A stretch of 63,732 bases of DNA, counting the filler, from Collodictyon triciliatum (lineage: Eukaryota), in the NCBI GenBank assembly GCA_043381765.1. It is 6 parts of 6 records of this genome, joined end to end, with 100 filler letters (N's around TTAATTAATTAA, not from the genome) between each part and the next. Parts side by side here need not be neighbours in the genome. Positions count along the whole stretch, not along the records: positions 51,072 to 61,628 come from JBHJMP010002634.1; positions 61,729 to 63,732 come from JBHJMP010002708.1; 4 more parts are not named here. One strand, given 5' to 3'. Below are positions 51,447-63,732 of the stretch, one piece after another. The translations under genes were made by a program, and so were the position numbers. The stretch's first letter is position 1. Each line of letters begins with the position of its first letter. The notes beneath the pieces were generated by a model, which saw nothing but the letters and a program-made list of their open reading frames with translations, was not told the DNA's origin and searched no databases.

Positions 51447-54286
51447 ATGAGCGACTTTGCAGCGACAGACCAGGTGCAGCTGACAGAGGAAGAGGAGGGC
51501 GTGCGACGGCTGTTTCTGGAGGCGGCGGATGTGCTGAACCGGCCGGACACAAGCGGCACGCAGCGACGGGAGGCGGACCGGTGGCTGGACCGGGCGATCC
51601 GGCAGCCCAGCATGTGGCGCGTGGCGCAGAGCATTGTGGCGTCGACAGCAGCAACAGCATCAGCAACAGCAACGGCATCGGCGGCCGGGGGCGTGGCGCT
51701 GCACACGCTGCACGTGGCGGCCGTGGCCCTGCGCACAAAGTGCGAGACGCTGCTGGACGAGCTGGCCCCGGGCGCGGCGCGGCTGCAGCTGCAGAGCTCC
51801 TTGCTGAGCGCGCTCGCCCGCCACGCAGCCCACCCGGCGCCCGCCGCGCAGCTGGCCCTGGCCTTTGCCGAGCTCGTGCTGCAGGACGCGCCGACGCGGG
51901 CCTCGCTGCCTGCCCTGCTGGCCGCCCTGGGCGCCGACCCTTTGCTGCACCTGCTCGCCGCCATTGCCGATCGCACCCGTGCCCGCTCCCGCTCCCGCCG
52001 CCCTTCTTCCAGAAACGGATCCGCAGACCCTGTGCGCGAGCTCCTGCCGCTGCGCAGCGCGGTCCTGAACTGGATAGCCGGCGTCCTGCAGTCGGCCGGC
52101 GAGTCGCTCCCGTCGCCGCCGCCCCCTTCGGCTTCGGCATCGGCATCCGGCTGTCCGGCGGCGCTGCTCGCGGCATTGGGCACGTACGCGCACGCGGCGG
52201 ATCCGTGGGCGCTGCCGCTGCCCGTGTGGGACCTCGATGCGCAGCTGCTCCGCCCCGACGAGCCCCACGCGCCCGGGCCCGTTGCCTTCTGGAGGCCCGT
52301 CGGCGTCGCCAGCCTCTCGGACGAGCGGCTCCGCAGCATCCTGCGCATCGTGCGGATGTGGCTGGGCATTGGTCGTGCCGATACAGATGCAGCTGCAGGT
52401 ACAGCCACCGACGCAGAGATCAACCACCCCGTCGTCTGGTGGTCCGTCCACGCGATGCGGCGCCCCCCGCTTGCCGATGCCGCCGCCGCCGTCCTCATGA
52501 CTGTCCTCCGGACCGGCCCGCTGGCTGCGCCGCTGCCGTCCCCTGCAGAAAGCCCGCTTGCGCTCCTCGCCGTGCAGATGCTCCTCGCCCTGCGCCCCGT
52601 CCTTCTGGAGGCCGTCAGCGTCTGCGACCAGGAGGCTGTCGTCTGGATCACCGACCTCCACTGCTCCGCCGTCGAGTGCTTTGCCGCCTGCTCCATCCTC
52701 CCCGCCCAGCCCACCTCTGTCATGGCTGCCGCTTTGCTCTTCCACCTTGTCCGCCTGCCCCATCCCGACTCCTTCCGCCTCTCCGTGGACGTCTGGCACC
52801 GCCTTGCTGCGCTCATCAGCCGCTCCGTCGACAAGCTGGCCGCTCGCTCCGCAGCACCCCAGGGTAGTCGCTATCCTCTCTATCATCCATCCATCCATCC
52901 ATCCATCCATCCATCCATCCATCCATCCATCCATCCATCCATCCATCCATCCATCCATCCATCCATCCATCCATCCATCCATTCATTCATTCATTCATTC
53001 ATTCATTCATTCATCACTTTTCAATTTTTCAATTTTTCACTCTTCTTTTTTCCGTGCTAATTATTCACTGTTTTAAACAGAATAATACAACAATACTCAA
53101 TCATAGAGATAACGTTCATTCTTTCCTTTTTTTTTTAATTGTGTACATAGGATTATACTCACTGTCGTTGGGTTATTGAGGTTTTTTTTTTTTAAAAAAA
53201 AATCCTTTCCTTGATGCCTTAGATAACGATTCCGAATCCGAAGAAGACTCTGAAGACTCTGCACGTGATGCCCCAAGCTCACGAAATCAGATTTTCCTTG
53301 CACCGGAATTTTACCCAAATGGCAGCATCACCGCTTACTTTGACCCTCTATATACGGGGCTGGTTGCTGTGGCACTCGAGAGAATCCAACTTCCTGCCAT
53401 GGATGCGGTTTATAACTCATTCACAAAGGAATCAAGCGCACGCGGTGATGGCGATGAAGAGGACAACTTGAAAGAGGTCTATGACCAGCGCGAAACTGCT
53501 TACGACTTATTGGTAGACTGCTCTCGTGTCATCGGAATGCCCAAACTACTAGGCTTGATTGTTCAAACAGCTGCTGCACATTTCCAAACACTCGGGCATG
53601 GCAAGAGTTGGGCGGGGTTTGAAGCCTGCTTGTCCTCTATCGCAGCATTGGCTCGTCCGTTTCTCAGATTGTATTGGGAGGCTCGAAGAAACGCTGAAAC
53701 ATCCCCACTATCAGCACCCAGCGCAGTGGATACCCTAACAGCGCTAAATACGCCTGTGATTCATATTGTCCAATGTCTCCCTCAGTTGCCCACAAACATT
53801 CCTGTCATCACAGAAGCTATTGCAAGACTTTCCCATTACTTGGCACCTTGGTTCCGCTCAAACCCTTCCTATCTCAGCCCTCTCTTCCCTATTCTATCCC
53901 AAGCTCTACTCTCTCCTCTTCACGGAGCTACAGCTGCTCGAGCTTTTGGATCTATCTTTCAACATTGCTCCGAACACACAATCTCCGCCATTCCGCAAAT
54001 CATATCACATCTCCCACAATTGCCACATCTCTCCATCACTGCAAGAGAAGATCTTCTCATAGGAACTGCGATGGCCCTTTCCACCGAAGCTGGGCAGCCC
54101 CATTTTCTTTCTGTCTCCCGGGCTTTTTTCGTAGACATATTCAAACTTCTAGAGGCTGAATTAGGTGGGCTTGCTGCTCCGCCTGCAGGTATACATACAT
54201 TCATAGCAATTCTACATTCCACCCTTCTTTATTTGATGTATTTACATTAGTATCACTATCTTAGTTCCTTATAGCTCTTGTTTTGT

Positions 54287-54318
<32 letters not shown>

Positions 54319-55617
54319 TGTTTTTTTTGTTTTGTTTTTTTCTTCCAACAATCTTTTTCATGATATCATTCTATTTTACTCCATTTAATCATCTTCTGTT
54401 TACTAGCGCTATGCTTTCTCTTTCTCTCTTTGAATCAAATAAATGTGGAAAAAATCATTTCTCTTTCTTTGCTCACTCTTATTCGAATGTCCAAGTTTTA
54501 TTCAGCCTCTAACTGCCTCGATGGTTTGGCCCCTTCGCTTGCATATCCTAACTTCAGTTCGTTTTTCTTTTTTCATATCTTCGTCCTCGGCTCTCCCCAA
54601 CTATTTCCAGGTTCCTCTCGTTCCACCACGAGGGATTTCTATCTACGTCTTCTTCGAGTCTTTGACCAACTCTCTGCCTTTTTGAAGTCTATCAGAATCG
54701 AGGACGATTCAATTCTGGTTGAACTTAGTAACTCTTTGTGGCCGGTGATGCGTGCTTTCTTGACACATCCTGTCGCAAAAACACAAGAGTTGGTTATGGA
54801 ACGTGTCATTCGGTGTTCAAAATACCTCTTACAATCCATCCAAGAGTTGTTTAAACCAAACGTTGTTGAATTCCTTACAATTATATACCAAAACTACAGC
54901 ACCCATCATTTCTCGTGCTTTGTTTATGCGTGCAGTCAAGTTCTCGGCATCTTCCGTGGCGATGAAGATCTGCAGCCACTCTTCTCCACCGCCGTCGGAT
55001 ACTTTGTTGACAACACAGTCACTTTTCTTCTTACGTCATGTGGAAACCAAAGCAACACAGACTTATACTCTGCTTTCCCGGACCTCGTCGAAGACTTTTT
55101 CAATCTAGTGTCCCGAACTATCCGCGACATTAACGAGTCCTTTATCATGCAATCCCCTAATTTGGGAAACCTCATCACCGTCGCCGCCAATGGACTTCAT
55201 ATACAGCATGTGGAATCCAGTCTGTCCATTGTAAACTGTCTGCACAACATATTCTCAACCGGTATATCCACGGAGCCATCCCCTCAGCAACAAGCGTATC
55301 TCACCATAATCCAGCAGGCTCTCATCACAAACGACAGAGGCCCTCTCCTGACCCGGAACCTGATGATGGCTGTGGGTGGCTATGCGCCCAGTAGCATCGT
55401 ACCAGAATTGCATGCGACCCTGGAAATATTTATGGCCGCATCAATTCCTATTTTTGCGTCATGGCTTGCTACTACATTTTCATCATACCCGCAGCACGTC
55501 CAGCAGCAACTCATCATTCATGCTATCCACGAAGGGATTGTCTCTGGTGACATTCAGCACTTCCGCAGGAGTATTTCTGGGTTTAGGAAAATAGCACAGA
55601 AATACAAGTTGTTCTAA
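51447..55617 (+). CDS. TNPO3: Transportin-SR / importin-beta family (TNPO3/Mtr10-like), 3 exons
   Basis: READRWL....[54 protein letters not shown] follow the TNPO3 motif order. Exons about 51447-52863, 53223-54188, 54610-55617. Confidence 0.8.
52883..53012. repeat. (ATCC)n/(ATTC)n microsatellite at the start of an intron
   Basis: Direct reading. Confidence 0.95.
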
Positions 55618-56671
55618 ACCAGGATGTGTTGAGGCTGCCTTTTTGTTTTCTTCTTGTTTTTCATGTTTCTTTTTTTCTTTTTTTCTTTTTTCACAGCCTG
55701 GTGTCCCTGACCCCGCATCGGCGGCGTTACCTAACTACCAAGAGTCGGTCTCTCAACACGCACAACTGTCATTCACACGTTACATTTCGATGCATTTCCA
55801 AGCGTAAAACTCGAGTTAAGCTCCTGTTCACTCGTATGGAACTCTCGTAATGCCGGAAAAAAAAAAGTAAAGAAAAATGTTTCTTCAATCAGAATCATAT
55901 TCCCTTTTCTTTTTTTGAAAGATACTATGTCTTTTTTTTTTTTTTTTCTCTTTCATATATCTTATCTTGAATCATCCAAAGTGAAAGTTTACTTGTGATG
56001 AACAGTAAGAAGGGTTATCACATTTATACCTTCACTGCTTCAAATTCCCTTTTATCCAATAAATCAAATCCCCGACCCTCGTTTTTCTCTCGAATCCCTT
56101 TTCGCATTCCCACTGTAATCCGGTAACATCTCTACAGCCCTTCTATCTCTTTTCTTATTTCTTTTTCCCTTTTTTCTTTTTCCCTTTTTTCTTTTTCCTT
56201 TTCCTTTTTTTCCTTTTCCTTTTTTTCCTTTTTCTTTTTTTTCTTCTAGTTTGAATAAGGCCGACTCCATTCACAATCGGTATCAGAAGAATTTGTGTTC
56301 GCGAAACTAGTGCCTTTGTGGGCGAGTCGGCCGATTCATTGCAGTTCTCGCCGCTTTTCGATCCACCCTTTTTTTTTTTTGCGCTGATCTTCAATGAGTG
56401 TGGTCGGACGAGCGATCTGTTCTCTTTGTCGTGTGCTCTAGTCGTACCTTATTCTGAAGACGTGCAATTGGTGTGATACTTCCTATGAAGTTTGTTGGCT
56501 GATTTCCTCTCTCCTGTATCTTTTCTTCCGTTCTTTCTTCATTCCACTCTTCTCCATTTTCCTTCACAATTTTGCTAAATACATATACATACACATGTAT
56601 ATACATATATATTCTTTTTTCTTTTTAACCTTCCTCTCTGGATAACTTACTTTCTTTAAGGGTCTTAGCGA

Positions 56672-59895
<3,224 letters not shown>

Positions 59896-60381
59896 TCACC
59901 CAAGAAATAACTTTGTCACTTTTTTGATCAATAAAATAATAGTGATTCGCATTTGTTCTTGGTAAGGTTTCCCCAACCCCCACTTCTTTTTACATGTTCT
60001 TGATTAATATTTTGATATATTTTTATTTTGGAAAGAATTCGACAAACAATTACAGCCAACCAGCCAGTGGAGCGCGACATTAGGAGATTTTTTTTAAACC
60101 TGTTGGTATGAATCAGCTATATATGCACTTTAAAACATTCGGTTCTTCTGGGCCACAATCAGAAAAAGAGAGAGAAGAATGAGCGAAGTTAAAATACACT
60201 TTGTGTAACCGGTTCCCTTGTACTCTCTTTTGATGTTTTATAATTTATTCTTTCAATTTGTGGATCGATGGATAGTAGTAGCGAAGGAAAGAAAGCAAAG
60301 AAAAAAACAAAAACAAAAGCGAATGACCCGTTGATTGCGATACGAATATGAAATAAAGGGTATGCGCACCAGTTTGTCGCG

Positions 60382-61450
60382 CTATGATTCTGTAATGTCC
60401 AAGTTCGCGGCAAACAAGGACGGAAGATCGACAAAGCCCATTCGCTCGAACTCGGCTTGATAGTCTGCGGGTGAGCTAATCGATCTTTGATGGTGCATTA
60501 CTCTCTGGCAAGCACGCAGCGACTGTGCATATGTTGCGGATTTCCAGTCCATGGGAATCTCCTGGCTTGCGCTAGAATCAACCTCTTTCTCATCGGCATT
60601 CCCGTCTGCATGGTCTTTGGGCCAATCTGTCTCTCCAAGACTATCTTGTTGGCTCTGTTCCGCCAATTCGATGATTGAGTTCAGAACAGGTGTTTGCTTC
60701 GCAGATGGTGGTGTTGTACTGGTGATATCTTGCTTTTGAGCGAGATATAAGAGGGTGGAACGTAGCCGAAGGACTTCGTCGCGGAGAAATTGAAGCTCAA
60801 ATGCCTCCTTGCTCTGGTCGGGAGCAAATACTGATGCCTTCTCTCTTTGTTTCTGAGTCTGAGTCTGAGTCTGAGTCTGAGTCTGAGTCTGAGTCTGGAT
60901 AGGAATGGGTATTTCCTGTAAAATTGGTGCGTGTTTTACATCATTTTCCTTGGTAATATACTTCATCTCTTCCGTGGAGGCGGTTGCAACTCGATTTTCA
61001 TCTCTCTTCGGTTCGGTTTGATTGACAGGAGTTGGCGTGCTTTGTGTCTGCAAATCCTTGGGCAATGTTTTTGTGCTCTGCGACTTGAAAGAAATAAGCT
61101 CAAAGTCCCTAAATTCTGTAGAATCAGCCACAGAGGGAGATGGAGACTTTGTTGTGCCGGATTCTACTTGTGTAATTGAATCGTTTACTGGACACGGTCG
61201 TAGGATAATATAACTTTACATGGAATTATATGAGAGCGTAATGAAGGGGTGGTGAAAAAGGGCTACCTAGCTCGAACGAGTAAAAGTCGCAGAATACTTT
61301 ATCTCCGTCCCATCCGCCAAATAAGTAGGCAACATCCCCGAATGATGTCATCGTATGAGATGCCCGGGGTTCAGGGAGGGTTCCTGATAGCTCCACTTTC
61401 AGCCAGTTAATCGAAATGCTTTCATCTATGTCAAGGAATTGTTCATTCAT
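60382..61450 (-). CDS. Protein with one N-terminal Kelch repeat and a low-complexity/coiled-coil tail with (QT)n
   Basis: GTLPEPRASHTMT...YLFGGWDG...DFYSF, intron about 61188-61266, then a long ORF; (TCTGAG)n at 60852-60896 encodes QT repeats. Confidence 0.55.
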
Positions 61451-61519
61451 CGCACGCAGATGATATTCCTCTTAAGCTTGTGTACTTTGTAAATAGATGT
61501 ATTTTTTTTTTTTTTTTAC

Positions 61520-61561
<42 letters not shown>

Positions 61562-61584
61562 GACAAAAAAAAAAAAACTTTCTC

Positions 61585-61628
<44 letters not shown>

Positions 61629-61728
61629 NNNNNNNNNNNNNNNNNNNNNNNNNNNNNNNNNNNNNNNNNNNNTTAATTAATTAANNNNNNNNNNNNNNNN
61701 NNNNNNNNNNNNNNNNNNNNNNNNNNNN
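61629..61728. other. Artificial contig linker
   Basis: 44N-TTAATTAATTAA-44N. Confidence 0.97.
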
Positions 61729-62119
61729 TTTGGATCGGCGGGCTCTGGTGTGGCCGAGGGGTCTTGGTCGAGTTGTGTACTCGATTCTCGTGCGTTCGAG
61801 TGTGTTTATCTCAAGCTTTCGCCTTCGACCTCCACATTTAGTCGGGCTCCATGACATTATTCTAGACGAGATAGAAGAGCCACACTGACATAAAAGGAAA
61901 AAGCAATACATACCTGTTATAGATATATACTTAATCTTACCTTAATCATTTGTTTTGGGTTAGTTTGAATCGTATTGATTATCGCAAGTAGTCCAGGTGG
62001 AATATTCTGGGGGTTGGGGAATTTGAGGGAATTCTTCGTTGGGGGTGTTGTTTTATAATCTGAATATTCCATTGGCGATCATGTCTTGGTTTATTTACAC
62101 ATTTTCCATTCGTTTTTGT

Positions 62120-62960
62120 TGTTGGATGTCATGAATAAAATATCCATAGTTTCTATCATTACCATTTTTGGATATATGCGTGTATTTTATCAGTTATGCC
62201 TAGGATGCGTCTGATATCCGGGGCTTTCTTGGTGACACTACCGTCCCAGGAGATGATGTATGGTAGCACCACTGTTTTCGCATGATGTTGGCTGGGTCTC
62301 TCCTTAGGGTCTCATGCTTTCTCACTTTCTCTTGTTCTTTTTTGGCTTGGTTTCGTGGTATCACAGTGCTGCATCAATTATGCGTATGGTTTTGTGAATC
62401 ATTTCGTGTACTACTGAATCAGGTCTAGGAGCTGTTGTCTAGAATTCGGGGTCAAAGTTACAGCCATAATGTATCGTGGCGTATTGGTTTGCTATTACTT
62501 TTTCTATCTGTGCCTTTTGAGGCTTTTGTCTTTTGAGAAATTGTATTCAAGGGTTGGGTGCTTGTGGATGCATCAGACTACTTATTTCTGGCGTCTGGTG
62601 AAGTGTGGTAGGTTAAGAGTGCATGCTCCTGCTACGCGGGGAAGGTTCCTTTGTATCTCACAAGTGTTACATTTTGTTATGTTTTTAAAGAATACATGGC
62701 CATCTTGTAGGGCGAAGCATGTAGGTTCTTCTATCGAGGAACTAGTTCCTTTCATCGGCCATTTGTTGGAGTCTTTCTTTTGGATGTTCTCTTAGAGATT
62801 TGTTGAATAGGAAGTGGATTGTTTTCGTACTGTTGCTTCTGTATAGTTTCTTGATTTGAGCGTTTTGTAGCTCCGTGTTAGTAAACTTGTGGGAGGTCAA
62901 GCCTTGGATATTAAGCTCCTGAAATTTCCTAAATATGGGTGGTTGTGGATATTTCTTCTT
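62120..62960 (-). mobile_element. Degenerate 3' part of an RLE-type non-LTR retrotransposon (Cys knuckle + restriction-like endonuclease)
   Basis: SNKW..KG....E...FALQD.HVF....KCNTC...C....FTRR..VV.CIH, then RPD, TIRIID, EKVRKH..L, VLPYIISWDGSVTK, LGI...HAYIQ, with stops and frameshifts; A-rich sense strand. Confidence 0.8.
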
Positions 62961-63254
62961 CTTTCGTCATCATGTGCATTATACGCATTATAAATAATGT
63001 TGCATAGAATAAAAAATTGCTATCGTGTATATCAATCGAATAATCATGTCAAGAAATTAAATAATACTATATAATATCCGCTTTTGTATATTTGACAGCA
63101 GTATTTCTATTTATGGAATTATTTGGATGCTTTTACTTCAGTTCAATCTGCTTTTGTTCATATTTACACTTTTTGGAAGTTTTTTTTTATTTTGCCTTTC
63201 CTCTTACTATTATATCAACAAGGAAGCAAAGCTGCAGGGTTTCTGTCAGGGAAA

Positions 63255-63732
63255 TTATTATGCTGCGTATGCGCTAGGGATGTATGGGCAGTAAGGACAG
63301 AAATCCACGAGAGGCTGAGAGGAAGCCTCAAAACCTGCAAATTATAACAAATGAAATGAGAGATGGCTGAGAAATGCCGAGCTTGCCACTGTCTGGTCTC
63401 CTCCAATATTTGTTCAGCTTGCATGAGGAAGGTCTTGAACTCTAAAAAAGAACTCTCACATGCTCGTCGATGAGGATATCAAACTCGAGCCTCTTATCTC
63501 ATTTGTATTTTCAGACTTGGACGCAACTTCGTAATGGACTTCTCGAGATAAGTGACAAGCTCTTCGGCATCGCGACGCTGACAAAACCCATTCTTGGAGT
63601 GACCAGGATTACAACCGGGTTGATAGTGGTGAAGCTCTTTGAGCTCAGCCTTGATCTGTCGGGAATTGATGCGAGTGTCGTAGTTTCTATCCCAGCGTAT
63701 GTGGTTCAGAACTGCGAGTCAAGAAGGACATG
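63255..63732 (-). CDS. 3' exons of an unknown gene entering from beyond the window
   Basis: Exon-like block VLNHIRWDRNY...GFCQRRDAEELVTYLEKSI after a CAG acceptor; only a faint resemblance to the USP Q-box. Confidence 0.3.

Noticed and set aside
51016..52982. Several long overlapping and antisense ORFs
   Set aside because: By-product of high GC; only the 51447 + frame has importin-beta family motifs.
63540..63600. Ubiquitin-specific protease call
   Set aside because: Only a weak Q-box-like match; no Cys or His boxes are visible in the window.

Overview
AT-rich, intron-dense eukaryotic nuclear DNA in the standard genetic code, probably from a centriole-bearing protist with mitochondria. The window is not one locus: it is six contigs joined by an artificial 100-nt linker (44N-TTAATTAATTAA-44N), so gene neighbourhood across linkers is meaningless. 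Manual exon stitching gives a SAM-domain fragment, a claudin-like 4TM protein, a CIPK/SNF1-like kinase, a TBC RabGAP, a decayed 4CL/luciferase-like acyl-CoA ligase pseudogene, a CSPP1-like protein, an HMG-box factor, an Arf GTPase, an LRR protein, a large LRR + CCHCR1-like coiled-coil gene, an intron-containing pogo/Tigger (CENP-B-like) transposase-derived gene, poly(A) polymerase with an apparent 1-nt frameshift, transportin-SR with a very GC-rich first exon, a DDX28-like DEAD-box helicase, a single-Kelch gene and two non-LTR retrotransposon relics (APE type and RLE type). Microsatellites are abundant. No tRNA, rRNA or CRISPR was seen. All family assignments are by-eye motif recognition, not database searches. 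I see no clearly novel multi-gene system; the best leads are the domesticated transposase, the LRR-CCHCR1 fusion and the RLE retroelement.
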